DNA of 64,000 nucleotides, from assembly GCA_963847185.1 (NCBI GenBank), contig CAWJYV010000004.1, positions 64,001-128,000 on the forward strand. The letters run 5' to 3'. Below the pieces are notes generated by a model. That model did no database searches and was not told where the DNA came from. It saw only the letters and a list, made by a program, of their open reading frames with translations. The DNA comes from an uncultured Methanosarcinaceae archaeon (lineage in GTDB: Archaea; Halobacteriota; Methanosarcinia; Methanosarcinales; Methanosarcinaceae). A program made the translations under genes and the position numbers. The first letter of the stretch is position 1. The number at the start of each line of letters is the position of its first letter. Positions 8,388 through 19,236 of the stretch are shown here, one piece after another.

Positions 8388-11285
8388 ATGAAAACTAAAC
8401 AAATAATTTATTCGATAGCGGCAGCATTAGCAACTTTTATTTTATTTTTAATTTTGGTTTCATCTACGGTATCGGCATCTACAACTCCTCTTGATCAAAA
8501 TACTTCTCTGTCTATTGCAGGCCCATATGTAGGCTCCCTTGTATATGACTCTCCGGCATCTGGAGTAAATAATCAATACGGTCTCGATACAGGAAAACAG
8601 TCCAGAGTAAGACAAAATGGATATATTAATGCAGTACAATTTGCAATCGCTAATGCAAATAAAGTTAACAGGTTCAATGTTTGCATTTGGAGAAGAAACG
8701 ATGATACTGGTAAATATAATCTGGTTGCAAAAAGTAACAATCTAACTCCTGATATTACTACTAGCGGGATCCAAAATATCTTTCTTTCCACTCCATTATA
8801 TGCACATGAAGGTGACTATATTGGATGGGAAGCAAATTCAGTAGACACTACGAATCTAATTATGACATCTAAAGTTCCAGCAGGAACAACTGATGCTAAA
8901 ATTCATTGGGGTACAGCTCGTACTTTTTCAGTTGGCGATGAATACGACTTTGTAAACTCTTCAACTTATCATGTTTCTAATAAAACATATCGTTTAAACA
9001 TATTTATGAGTACAGTAGACACGGCTTTCATAGGGGATTCAGTGGTATCCGGTAGACCCGTACATACATCCTATGTTGATCCTGCTGCTTATTACAATCC
9101 CTGGTCATCAATGTCTTATTGGTGGGGCCTTTACTCAGGTAGGACATATCAAAACCTCGGATGGAGAGGACAAACTACCGCTGAAATCAAAAACAGATTC
9201 TACGCAGATGCAATTGCTTTACATCCGTCAAATGTCTTCATTCAAGGAGGGTTAAACGATTGGGTATATTCGATTAATAAGACGACAACTCTTTCAAATT
9301 TGTGCTGGATGGTAAACGAAACGGTAGCTAATGGATCACACGCCTATCTATGTGAGATTCCCCCGTCTACTGGAAGCGGGAATGCTATAAATTGGGCAGA
9401 CTGGCAATGGATAAATAACCAATTGAAAACGATTTATGCAAATAATTCAAGTGTTACTTTAATTCCAATTAGAAATTATGTTGGACAGAAATATGCTTCT
9501 GGTCCGGCTGGCAACCTATGGGAAATAAATACTGCCTATGATGGTGGAGATGGCCTACACTATAACATTGTAGGGTATCAAAAATTTGCATCTGTCATTT
9601 ACAATTATCATTCAAATAGATATACAGCAGATGTGATAAATGGAACTGCACCACTGTCAGTTCACTTTTCTATACTGAGCCCTACAATATTAAACTCATC
9701 TCTTCCAACTCTGGCAGGGTGGAGCAGGTCAGCAGCAATCGAACCCTCAACAAAAAAATCTTTAAGTGAGTACATTTACATTCCAAAATATCCAGATATG
9801 AAAGCCGATAGTAGCGACGTTAGGTTCTTCCTAAGTAACGGAACGATTCTTCCTTCTCAGTATCAATCAACCTCATCAGGAGTATATTTCATTTACAGAT
9901 ATGCTCATCCAGCAAACGCTCCAGTATATTGTGCGTGGGGGAATAACAGTGCTCTCAATTTGACCCAGGGTACATATTTCGAGGATGGGGAAAGCACTGC
10001 AAACTGGACAAATATGTCAGGCGGTATGATCGAATCATCAGCGGCGAGAGTATACAGTGGAAATCATTCGTTCAAATATACAGACCTATCTGCCACTACA
10101 TATAATGATGACTGCACATTTATGTTACCTGTAAAGACAACTAATGCAACAGTAGAATGGTATGCGAACCCAAGTCAAAACAACACATACTCACGGCTTA
10201 CTATTTTAGATGGAAATGCGTCTCTTAAGAAAGGACCTTGGACCGTATTCGGAGATAATGGACAGATTCAATATTGGGATGGAACAAGCTATAAAAATAT
10301 AAAAAGATATTCAGCAGGCAACTGGTATCGTTTCAAACTGGTGGTGAAATCTGGAACTAAATATGATTTGTACGTGGATGATACCCTAGTAGCAAGCGAC
10401 ATCAATACATTAAATCCAGCTACAGCCTATGATAGAGTAGTGCTTTTTGGATATAATGTCGCTGGCAGTTCATGTTATTATGATAATATTAATATAACAG
10501 TACCGGTAGGCTCAGTTGCAATCACTTCTAATATTTCATATTTTACAATTCCATCAACATCTCTTCCAAATATATATTCGTGGAACTTTGGAGACGGGAT
10601 TAATTCAACCGAGCAAAATCCAACGCATACTTACTCTACAGCAGGAAACTATACAGTTAGTCTGACTGTAAAGAATGCAGTGGGCAATAATGCGCTAACG
10701 AAATATGAGTATATACGCGTAGCTCCTAGTTTTACTCATGTTACATATTTCGAGGATGGGGAGAGCACTGCAAACTGGACAAATATGTCAGGCGGTATGA
10801 TCGGATCATCAGCGGCGAGAGTATACAGTGGAAATCATTCGTTCAAATATACAGACCTATCTGCCACTACATATAATGATGACTGCACATTTATGTTGCC
10901 TGTAAAGACAACTAATGCAACGGTAGAATGGTATGCGAACCCAAGTCAAAACAACACATACTCACGGCTTACTATTTTAGATGGAAATGCGTCTCTTAAG
11001 AAAGGACCTTGGACCGTATTCGGAAATAATGGACAGATTCAATATTGGGACGGGACAAGCTATAAAAATATAAAAAGATATTCAGCAGGCAACTGGTATC
11101 ATTTCAAACTGGTGGTGAAATCTGGAACTAAATATGATTTGTACGTGGATGATACCCTAGTAGCAAGCGATATCAACACATTAAATCCAGCTACAGCCTA
11201 TGATAGAGTAGTAATTTTTGGATTCAATGTCGCTGGCAGTTCATGTTATTATGATAATATTAATATAACAGTACCGAGAGGCTAA
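8388..11285 (+). CDS. Cell-surface protein with SGNH/GDSL hydrolase domain, split PKD domain and two copies of the beta-rich domain
   Basis: Signal peptide MKTKQII...; FIGDS (block I), G.RGQTT, GGLND (block III), DGLH (block V); WNFGDG...EQNPTHTY. Confidence 0.88.
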   Translation: MKTKQIIYSIAAALATFILFLILVSSTVSASTTPLDQNTSLSIAGPYVGSLVYDSPASGVNNQYGLDTGKQSRVRQNGYINAVQFAIANANKVNRFNVCIWRRNDDTGKYNLVAKSNNLTPDITTSGIQNIFLSTPLYAHEGDYIGWEANSVDTTNLIMTSKVPAGTTDAKIHWGTARTFSVGDEYDFVNSSTYHVSNKTYRLNIFMSTVDTAFIGDSVVSGRPVHTSYVDPAAYYNPWSSMSYWWGLYSGRTYQNLGWRGQTTAEIKNRFYADAIALHPSNVFIQGGLNDWVYSINKTTTLSNLCWMVNETVANGSHAYLCEIPPSTGSGNAINWADWQWINNQLKTIYANNSSVTLIPIRNYVGQKYASGPAGNLWEINTAYDGGDGLHYNIVGYQKFASVIYNYHSNRYTADVINGTAPLSVHFSILSPTILNSSLPTLAGWSRSAAIEPSTKKSLSEYIYIPKYPDMKADSSDVRFFLSNGTILPSQYQSTSSGVYFIYRYAHPANAPVYCAWGNNSALNLTQGTYFEDGESTANWTNMSGGMIESSAARVYSGNHSFKYTDLSATTYNDDCTFMLPVKTTNATVEWYANPSQNNTYSRLTILDGNASLKKGPWTVFGDNGQIQYWDGTSYKNIKRYSAGNWYRFKLVVKSGTKYDLYVDDTLVASDINTLNPATAYDRVVLFGYNVAGSSCYYDNINITVPVGSVAITSNISYFTIPSTSLPNIYSWNFGDGINSTEQNPTHTYSTAGNYTVSLTVKNAVGNNALTKYEYIRVAPSFTHVTYFEDGESTANWTNMSGGMIGSSAARVYSGNHSFKYTDLSATTYNDDCTFMLPVKTTNATVEWYANPSQNNTYSRLTILDGNASLKKGPWTVFGNNGQIQYWDGTSYKNIKRYSAGNWYHFKLVVKSGTKYDLYVDDTLVASDINTLNPATAYDRVVIFGFNVAGSSCYYDNINITVPRG

Positions 11286-12010
11286 GTTCTTGCAATCACT
11301 TCTAATATTTCATATTTTACAATTTCGTCAACATCTCTTCCAAATACATGTTCGTGAAACTTTGGAGACGGAGCTAACTCAACCGAGTGGATCTAACACA
11401 TACTTACTCAACAGCAGGAAATTATACAGTTAACCTGACTGTAAGCAATGTAAACGGTACGAGTTCGAAATTTACTAGAATAATAATTATAACGCAGCCA
11501 GTATTTTCTGCATTCCTAGCTTCAGGAAAAGAGTCGTTTACTGTCATTTATTGACCAGAGCACAGGATCGCCAAATTCGTGGAACTGGAATTTTGGAGAT
11601 GCAGTTACTTCGACTGAAAAGAATCCTCTACACATCCTACATTCGGCAGGTCGACATTTAATTTTTAATAATTTTTACTGATGGCGATTTTAGGATAATG
11701 CTCTATAATTGTGTTTAGTTATTAGGTTTAAATATGATCCAAACATGAAATCTCATACTAAACTTTGAGGAATAAATTATTCAGTTTTTATATACGTCGA
11801 GAGAGTTTTAGACACAAGTTAACCAGCTTTAAACATAACCTATAGTTAGCTAATGTTCTAAAACGGCATCGGCAAAATTATTCTGATTTATCATGTCGAC
11901 CTGCCGAAAGTGGGATATATACAACAAGGTAGGACAATATCATGTCTACCTTGATATTAAATAATACATGGGGCAGTATTGCAGTGACAAAATCCATTAT
12001 ACTGCTTTTC
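11286..12010 (+). pseudogene. Decayed PKD-domain sequence continuing after the stop codon
   Basis: DNA continues to match 10506-10700 with stops/indels; second relic WNWNFGDAVTSTEKNPLH, resumed after the insertion as YNKVGQY. Confidence 0.7.
11634..11916. mobile_element. MITE-like element inserted in the PKD relic
   Basis: 24-bp terminal inverted repeats ATCCTACATTCGGCAGGTCGACAT / ATGTCGACCTGCCGAAAGTGGGAT (22 of 24 match). Confidence 0.75.
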
Positions 12011-12370
12011 AAACGGTTTTGAGGTCATGGTTGTGGCTTTTTCTGCCGCCCCAACTTCACGATCTGCAAGCCGATGGTATGCTGTAAAGTTACATTCGAT
12101 CTATAAATATTTGAGATTCTTTCGATCGTGTTACTCCAATGTAAAGTTACAGTAGCTCAACATTTTTAGTATAGGCTCATTAAGTAATGATTTTAAAAAT
12201 AATATTGGATCTGAAAGTACTTTGTTTAACTCAGAAAGCAATTATACTGTTAAAAACAGTCTTATTCTTCAACCAAGTTGTATACTTAAAGCCGAGAATA
12301 CTTTCTTTTACAGCACATCATATCCGTCGATAAACTGTTAAGCAGCAAACTAAAAAATCTTCATTAAATT

Positions 12371-13876
12371 TTAATTTTTTGTATAAATATTATATATACC
12401 AATTGATGTTTCTAGCTTGTAAGTATTATTTATAAACATTGATACATTACTAAAATAACTAGGTTTAGAATACTGACCCTGCGTAATTACATAAATATTA
12501 CCGTTCTTTAATTTATTAATAATTTCATTTTCCAATTTTTCACTATGCCTAAATTTATCAAATATAATTATATTAGCAACTGGTTTTCTACCAGATAAAT
12601 AATAAATAGAAGGCTGATAAGTGAAAACGAATATGCTATCATTATCAAGAGTGTGAGATATAATATAATTAGATGTATCTATTTGCTCCTTATAAATAAT
12701 TCTTCCATTGTGTACAGTAGTGTTTGCTAAATACAGATCATATACAAACGAAGATGTGACCATTCCAATTATACAGGTGATTGTAAAAATTTGGATATAG
12801 TCTCTCTTTAAAAAAGTCTCCTTAACTGATTTCAATCTAAACTTCGGAAAAGTATTTATAATTAATATGGATGCTAAAATACAGGCATGAGGAAGAACTG
12901 GAATGAAATAATGTCCATATTGTCTTGAGGTCAAAGGATATAAAGAAATTATAAATAAAATTGCTATAAAAAGAATTTTTTCGTTATAATTGCTACGAAT
13001 GTACTTATATCCAAGGATAAATATCGCCACTAAAGACAAAACCCATATTGCAGCATAACTTATAAAAATTTTAAGCAAACCTGTAATGTCAACTGGCTCT
13101 TCCTCAAGGACATATATAAATTTCATAGCCTGAAAAATGAAATAGGTTGATACTGAATCTATGTGATGAAAATACAAATATCCTATAAATGCTGGAATTA
13201 TAAATCCAAAGGTTATTAAAGACATTTTTTTAATTGAACTTATTATATAGCTTTTATTGCGATTTTGAGGGTCATGCAAATTTAATATAAAAAATAATCC
13301 AATGCTTGCTATATAAAATAGCCCTATTGTCTTGCAAAGAGATGAAATCGAGAATAAGAAACCAGACAATACTAGATGGAATGTGTCATCGGATTTTAAA
13401 AAATAGTATATCCCTATTAAACCAAAAAATAACATAAACGGTTCAGTTAATACCATGTACATTTGAAAAGTTGGTATAAGAACTCCAATCAAAAAAAGAA
13501 TACAGGCTACTTTTCCAACTTTTTCGTCAAAAAGAAAACTGCCAATTTTAAAAATAAGAACCGCATTTAAACCATTAATAATAAATAATATTATTCTCGG
13601 ATATATAATAGAGTCCCCAAATATAAATAATACTAAAGAGAGTATCCCGTAAAATGCGGGATAGCCTCCAACTACCCATGAATCTCTTTGATTAAGTGAC
13701 CCAGATAAAATACTCTCTGCCTTGAATAGATAATAAGCTTCGTCTGGACCTATAAAATTTCTAATATAAATCAACTGTCCGAATAAAAGAGATACAAATA
13801 TAAACAAAAAAGTGATATCATAATTTTTAAGTTTATAAATGATATCACAATTTTTAAGTTTATTATGGGCTTCCAC
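12371..13876 (-). CDS. GT-C fold membrane glycosyltransferase (ArnT/GT39/GT83-like)
   Basis: GPDEAYY in first outer loop, YPAFY, LTEP, multiple TM helices, HYFIPVLP. Confidence 0.8.
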   Translation of the reverse strand: MEAHNKLKNCDIIYKLKNYDITFLFIFVSLLFGQLIYIRNFIGPDEAYYLFKAESILSGSLNQRDSWVVGGYPAFYGILSLVLFIFGDSIIYPRIILFIINGLNAVLIFKIGSFLFDEKVGKVACILFLIGVLIPTFQMYMVLTEPFMLFFGLIGIYYFLKSDDTFHLVLSGFLFSISSLCKTIGLFYIASIGLFFILNLHDPQNRNKSYIISSIKKMSLITFGFIIPAFIGYLYFHHIDSVSTYFIFQAMKFIYVLEEEPVDITGLLKIFISYAAIWVLSLVAIFILGYKYIRSNYNEKILFIAILFIISLYPLTSRQYGHYFIPVLPHACILASILIINTFPKFRLKSVKETFLKRDYIQIFTITCIIGMVTSSFVYDLYLANTTVHNGRIIYKEQIDTSNYIISHTLDNDSIFVFTYQPSIYYLSGRKPVANIIIFDKFRHSEKLENEIINKLKNGNIYVITQGQYSKPSYFSNVSMFINNTYKLETSIGIYNIYTKN

Positions 13877-14114
13877 TGTAAGTCTCCCTAGTCTTTTTAA
13901 GCAATTAGTCTGTCCTCTGCCATCAATTATAGTTTATTAATCTTTGATATGAGTAAAGAAGAATCTGCTATATTTCGTAGTATTTTCCAACGTATAATCA
14001 GACGAAAGCATAAAAATGGACATATTGATATTGCGTTGCCTTTATAGAATGAGCGATTATTAACAGAAGAAATAAAGCAATATCCTTTAAAAACAATGTA
14101 TCTTCTTTTGTAAA

Positions 14115-15005
14115 TTAGCCAATAGTAACCCTCTTAGTAATTTTTTTATTTAAAGTGACATACACTGCTCCACCGATTACACCAACGCCAACCTTCGCAA
14201 AATATAATAGTAAAGATATCATAACTGCGATCGATGAATCAATACCAATAAATGAAAATAAAACTGCCATTGTTCCCTCCCTGACCCCTAGACCACCAAA
14301 TGAAATTGGAATGAGTGATGAGACATATACTAGAGGCATAATCACCATAACGTGGTATATTGTAACTGGTAGGGAGAAATTATAACAAAAAAGTCTAACT
14401 ATTAACATATCTCCTAGTTGTCCTAACATGGATAATATAAGAATAATTGTTATTAGCTTGTAATTGATGTCTATTTTTTGATCCAAATATATTTTGAGTA
14501 AAACAGTAGCTACAATCGTTGTAATTATTATGAGAAATAAAAAAGATCTATCATAATTTAGCATCTTATAATAATCTGAGACTATAAGAGAACTAAAACA
14601 AAATATCAGAACAACTGAAACAAGCCCCACGGTTCTTTCTATAAATACGAATAATGTGGATTTTTTAACTGTTATATCATATTTTTTTGAAACACTATAA
14701 ACTCTTGTAATATCTCCTCCAATTGACCCGGGGAGGAAAATATTGAAAAACGCTCCTACTAAATAAAAATTAAAAAGTTCGGTTAATAAACACTTACAAG
14801 CTGTATATTTCTTTAAGAGAATTTCCCATCTAATAGACATAAAAAGTAAACTCGCAAGAGTAATAATAATTGATAAAAATAAGTAATAAATAGTTAAAGA
14901 ATCAAGCTCTTTCAGTATAGTTAGATCTATTGTTGTAAAAATATATAGTAAAATACATAAAGAGATAGTTAATTTTAATAACATCTTATTTTTTATATTT
15001 TTCAT
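14115..15005 (-). CDS. UPF0104 / lysylphosphatidylglycerol-synthase-TM-like flippase
   Basis: RWEILL, FFNIFLPGSIGGD..R, ER..G, LIPISFGGLGVREG; start may be 15005 or 15065. Confidence 0.85.
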   Translation of the reverse strand: MKNIKNKMLLKLTISLCILLYIFTTIDLTILKELDSLTIYYLFLSIIITLASLLFMSIRWEILLKKYTACKCLLTELFNFYLVGAFFNIFLPGSIGGDITRVYSVSKKYDITVKKSTLFVFIERTVGLVSVVLIFCFSSLIVSDYYKMLNYDRSFLFLIIITTIVATVLLKIYLDQKIDINYKLITIILILSMLGQLGDMLIVRLFCYNFSLPVTIYHVMVIMPLVYVSSLIPISFGGLGVREGTMAVLFSFIGIDSSIAVMISLLLYFAKVGVGVIGGAVYVTLNKKITKRVTIG

Positions 15006-15322
15006 AAGTCGGCTCCAAGTTCGTAAATTTTTTCCAAATTCAGATGTTACATATTTTCTGGCCATCTATCTTGACAAAAACCTTCTACCTTTTATATTAT
15101 GAAAATTATTGATAAAATGAATTGTACCTCAGAGCGCATTTTCCGCTTTTCAACGTTTGAAATTTTCCAGTTAAATCTTATTGTTTAATTGTTCCAAATT
15201 AATTTTTTTGTCGAAGCAGTTTAAATAATATCTCAAAAATTTACAATTTTTTTAATCATGTAATTCTTCTAATATCGTTTCCTAATTGAAATATAATCTT
15301 AAAATAGTAGAACCATTCGTAC

Positions 15323-16552
15323 TTATAATAGGGTTGGAACTAATAAAGTAGGAGTCTCTATCAATTTTATTTTTATTCTACCCAAAAAATCAATACATCT
15401 TCTTTCAGCATTTTCTACGTTATTATCTTTTACAATAATTTCTCCAATTCTATCTGGCCCAATTTGGAATTTATTTACGAAATCCCCTTCTTTAATATCT
15501 GCAGAAATATTTACGACATATGGACTATTTTTCAGATTGGAAGGGATCATAATACTTTTTAATATACCTGATTCTTTTGAAGTAATAAGCATAGCAGAAG
15601 TAGCCTGTTTTTTCTTTGCCTGAAAGTCGGGTTCTTCTCCCATAGCTATTTTCATACATTGCTTAGTAACATCAATTCCAGTATATACTTCAGTTAACTC
15701 TGGAAGACAAGTTGCTCCCATTCTAGCTCCAACTTCGAATACTTTTACACCATCCTCAGTTAGGATAAGATCTAAATTGGCAGCACAGTTGTTTATTTTC
15801 AATGCGCTAATGGCTTTTTTACAAGCAGACTTTACTTCGTCCAAAATTTCAGTATTTTTGAAAGGATAAGAGTGTCCTATTGGTACACAATGCGGTGGGG
15901 GTGTAATTATATCATTATGTGCACAAATCAATTTCACTTCTTCATTAAATATGAAAGCTTGAGCGCCAAATTCACTTCCGTCGAGGAATTCCTCTATCAA
16001 AATGTTCTCGTTATTTTTTGAGTATTCTTTTGCAAATTCCCATGAAGCTTTTAATTCAGAATCTGAGTTTGCTTTTGTGATCCCTCTACTCCCTGAACTA
16101 TTTATTGCTTTTACCATTACAGGATAACCAATAAAGTTAGCAATACCCTTGGCTTGCTCTAAATTATTCACGATTTCGAATTTTGCGGTTGGTACTCCAT
16201 TTTCTTTGAATGCTTTTTTCATAAGAATTTTATTTGTAGATAGTATACATGCTTCGAAACTTGGTCCCGTGAGGTTAAGCTCATCGTTGACTCTTCCTAA
16301 AGCAGGCAGTGCAACGTCAGTTCCTGTGGTAAAAACCCCTTGAATATTATACTTTTTTGCTACATCCAGTATCTTAACAATATCAGTTGTATCTACATTA
16401 AGGGCTATATTTGCAAATTTATAACCTGGATATTGTTCAATATCATAACTCAAAACGATGGTTTTATACCCCAATTCGTTAGCTTTTTTTATTGCGGGAA
16501 CCTGGTAAACTCCTGCCCCCAATATTAAAATGTACTTTTCATTTCGTTTCAT
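15323..16552 (-). CDS. ATP-grasp domain protein (putative amino-acid/acyl ligase in sugar modification)
   Basis: ILGAGVYQVPAI, NK..MK, GYPVMVKA..SSGSRGI, IEEFLDG.E, FEVGARMG. Confidence 0.88.
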   Translation of the reverse strand: MKRNEKYILILGAGVYQVPAIKKANELGYKTIVLSYDIEQYPGYKFANIALNVDTTDIVKILDVAKKYNIQGVFTTGTDVALPALGRVNDELNLTGPSFEACILSTNKILMKKAFKENGVPTAKFEIVNNLEQAKGIANFIGYPVMVKAINSSGSRGITKANSDSELKASWEFAKEYSKNNENILIEEFLDGSEFGAQAFIFNEEVKLICAHNDIITPPPHCVPIGHSYPFKNTEILDEVKSACKKAISALKINNCAANLDLILTEDGVKVFEVGARMGATCLPELTEVYTGIDVTKQCMKIAMGEEPDFQAKKKQATSAMLITSKESGILKSIMIPSNLKNSPYVVNISADIKEGDFVNKFQIGPDRIGEIIVKDNNVENAERRCIDFLGRIKIKLIETPTLLVPTLL

Positions 16553-16574
16553 ATTTATCAAAACCAAGTTGATT

Positions 16575-17072
16575 TTAAGTTCTGTATTTTACGACTCTAC
16601 CCGGATTTCCAACTACAACCCCATATTCAGGAATATCTTTAACAACAACAGTTCCTGCTCCAATGACAGCTCCATTTCCTATAGTCACTCCTTTTAGTAT
16701 TGTAGCATTAGCTCCTATCCAAACATCATTCCCAATTTTTATTTTTTTATACAAGTGAGGCTGATTTCTAATTAATTCTTTTTTTTCAATTCCATGATCT
16801 CTACTCCATATTACTGTTTTTGGACCAATTAATACATCATTTCCAATTTCTATCTCCCCTAATAGATGACACCCAGAATTCATGTAGAAATTATCTCCTA
16901 TTGTGATTCCAATTCCTGGATAACCATTAATTCGACAGTAAGGCTCTACAGTAGCTTTTCCTAAAAATTTAACCCCATAAAACCTGCAGTTATTATAAAT
17001 ATAGACCCCTTGCCTTTTTAATAAAATTCTTTCAATATAGGTCTTTAATTTTGTTGTAAGCCTTTTAGTCAT
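16575..17072 (-). CDS. Hexapeptide-repeat (left-handed beta-helix) acyltransferase
   Basis: IKIGNDVWIGANATILKGVTIGNGAVIGAGTVVVKDIP..VVVGNPG. Confidence 0.92.
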   Translation of the reverse strand: MTKRLTTKLKTYIERILLKRQGVYIYNNCRFYGVKFLGKATVEPYCRINGYPGIGITIGDNFYMNSGCHLLGEIEIGNDVLIGPKTVIWSRDHGIEKKELIRNQPHLYKKIKIGNDVWIGANATILKGVTIGNGAVIGAGTVVVKDIPEYGVVVGNPGRVVKYRT

Positions 17073-17131
17073 TGGAAACTCGCACTATTTTATTATATAA
17101 TGTATCAATATTGGGATATCTATAATTTTAT

Positions 17132-18058
17132 TTAGGCACATATTTCTTTTATTGTATATTGATTATCATTATTCACCTGTCTAATTATTCTAATTAAGTA
17201 CTCTCCAATGATCCCAATAGAGAATAAAAGGATGCCAAAGAAAAATAAAAGCAGAACCATTAGGCTCGTCCATCCTTCTGGAGCCTTATTGAACTCGAGT
17301 TTTTTCCAGATCAAATAAGAAGATAATACAAAACTCATAAAAGATGTAAATATTCCAATCATGCTAATTGTTTTCAAGGGGAGAGTTGAATAGTTTATAA
17401 TATTATCCAATGTTGTTTTAATCATTTTAGTTACATTATACCCCGATTTACCTACCTTTCTTTCTTTGTGCTCAACCATCACATTTTTTAAATTAAGTGT
17501 AGTTGATAAAAGTATAGGCCCGATAGTTGGATTATGGGATTTATTTTGCGCCATTACCTCTACAATTTCTTTACTTAATATTCGAAAAGAACCCATTTTC
17601 AAACTTTTAGGCTTCCCGAATATCTTATAATCCATTTCTCCTACAAACCAACTTCCTAAATTTCTAATATATCCATGCTCTTTTTTGAAGGGTTTTCCAA
17701 TAATTCCATCTACACCTTTATTTTCGTCAAAAGCATGTATAAGCTTAGGAATTTCTTCCGGTGGGTGCTGTAAATCGTCATCCATTGTAATAACTTTGGA
17801 GCCACAAACGTGGTTGAAGCCGCACATTAACGCATTATGTTGACCAAAATTCTTAATTAATTTTATAATCTTCACTTGCTTGTCTTTATAATTCAATTCT
17901 TTCATTATTTTCCAACTACTGTCACGACTACCATCATCAACTAGTATAATCTCATAGTCCTCACTAATAGTCAAAAATACTTTTTTGATCCTTTCATACA
18001 ATTCATTTAAAGTGGATTCCGAATTATATACAGGAATTACGATGGAATATTCAGTGAC
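17132..18058 (-). CDS. GT2 polyprenol-phosphate glycosyltransferase (ArnC/GtrB-like); apparent GTC start
   Basis: YSIVIPVYN upstream of the track start, VDDGSRD, NFGQHNA, MDDDLQHPPEEIP, two C-terminal TM helices; GGTGA RBS before GTC, in-frame TGA further upstream. Confidence 0.85.
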   Translation of the reverse strand, partial: VTEYSIVIPVYNSESTLNELYERIKKVFLTISEDYEIILVDDGSRDSSWKIMKELNYKDKQVKIIKLIKNFGQHNALMCGFNHVCGSKVITMDDDLQHPPEEIPKLIHAFDENKGVDGIIGKPFKKEHGYIRNLGSWFVGEMDYKIFGKPKSLKMGSFRILSKEIVEVMAQNKSHNPTIGPILLSTTLNLKNVMVEHKERKVGKSGYNVTKMIKTTLDNIINYSTLPLKTISMIGIFTSFMSFVLSSYLIWKKLEFNKAPEGWTSLMVLLLFFFGILLFSIGIIGEYLIRIIRQVNNDNQYTIKEICA

Positions 18059-19236
18059 GGTATCACCACTTTCTCATAATCATTGAATTCCATTCTGAGA
18101 CAGGACAACAAATATTCAAGGTTTTCTTCATTTATCCCAGCATACAAAGGCAACCTTAATATCCTTCCACTAACATCTTCTGTAACAGGAAGATCACCTT
18201 CTCTACCTCCCAATTTCAACCCGAGAGGTGCTGAATGAAGTGGAATGTAATGAAATACAGAATAAACCCATTTTTTTCTTAGTCCATCCATAAAATCGTT
18301 TCTTGTTTTGTTGATATCGAATAATATGTAAAACATGTGAGCGTTATGCTTCGCATACTTAGGAACAATCGGCAGACTGACTTTTCCCTCATCTTCAAAG
18401 GGTTTTAATGCATCGTAATAAGCATTCCATACTTCCATTCTCATTTCTTGAATTTCGTCCATTTTCTCCAATTGAGCGTAAAGAAATGCTGCCAAGATAT
18501 CACTCGGAAGATAACTTGATCCAATGTCAACCCATGTATATTTGTCCACTTCTCCACGGAAGAATTTACTCCTATCAGTTCCTTTTTCTCTAATGATTTC
18601 CAAGCGCTCAGTTATAGTTTCATCATCAGTGTTGACTAAAAGAGCTCCCCCTTCTCCACAAATGTAATTTTTAGTTTCATGAAAACTGTAACATCCAAAA
18701 TCCCCAATTGTCCCAAGGTATTTATTTTTATACTTTGCGTTGACACCATGAGCTGCATCTTCTATTACTTTTAGGTCATTATCTTCTGCAATTTCCATAA
18801 TTTGTTTCATATCACAGGAAACTCCTGCATAATGAACAGGATATATGGCCTTCGTTCTAGGAGTAAGCTTTCTTCTTATATCTTCAGGATCTATGTTCAG
18901 CGTTCCTTCTTCAATATCTGTAAAGATAGGTTTCGCTCCAGCAAGTAAAATCGCATTAACAGTTGAGGAAAAGGTATAAGAAGGAACTATAACTTCGTCC
19001 CCAGGTTTAAAATCAAGAGAATAACTAATAAGTTCAAGAGCACTTGTGCCTGAAGTAGTGAGCAAAACCTTCTTCGCTCCGAATTTTACTTCCATAAATT
19101 CCTGAACTTTATGAGTATATTTACCATCCCCACTGAGATGTGAGCCGTCTTCACCCTTTTTCACTGAGTTAAACAGATCCTCTATATACTTTAGTTCGTT
19201 TCCAGTAAGATAAGGCTTATTAAATGGAATATGCAT
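18037..19236 (-). CDS. rffA: dTDP-4-amino-4,6-dideoxygalactose transaminase (RffA/WecE family)
   Basis: IPFNKPY, VHYAGVSCDM, EDAAHG, SFHETKN..CGEGGAL, EKGTDRSKFFRGEVDKYTWVDIGSSYLPS. Confidence 0.92.
   Translation of the reverse strand: MHIPFNKPYLTGNELKYIEDLFNSVKKGEDGSHLSGDGKYTHKVQEFMEVKFGAKKVLLTTSGTSALELISYSLDFKPGDEVIVPSYTFSSTVNAILLAGAKPIFTDIEEGTLNIDPEDIRRKLTPRTKAIYPVHYAGVSCDMKQIMEIAEDNDLKVIEDAAHGVNAKYKNKYLGTIGDFGCYSFHETKNYICGEGGALLVNTDDETITERLEIIREKGTDRSKFFRGEVDKYTWVDIGSSYLPSDILAAFLYAQLEKMDEIQEMRMEVWNAYYDALKPFEDEGKVSLPIVPKYAKHNAHMFYILFDINKTRNDFMDGLRKKWVYSVFHYIPLHSAPLGLKLGGREGDLPVTEDVSGRILRLPLYAGINEENLEYLLSCLRMEFNDYEKVVIPSLNIPS

Noticed and set aside
7490-11285. Diversity-generating retroelement (template/variable repeats) in the surface-protein repeats
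   Set aside because: Differences between copies are not confined to adenines, all copies are coding, and no reverse transcriptase is in the window.
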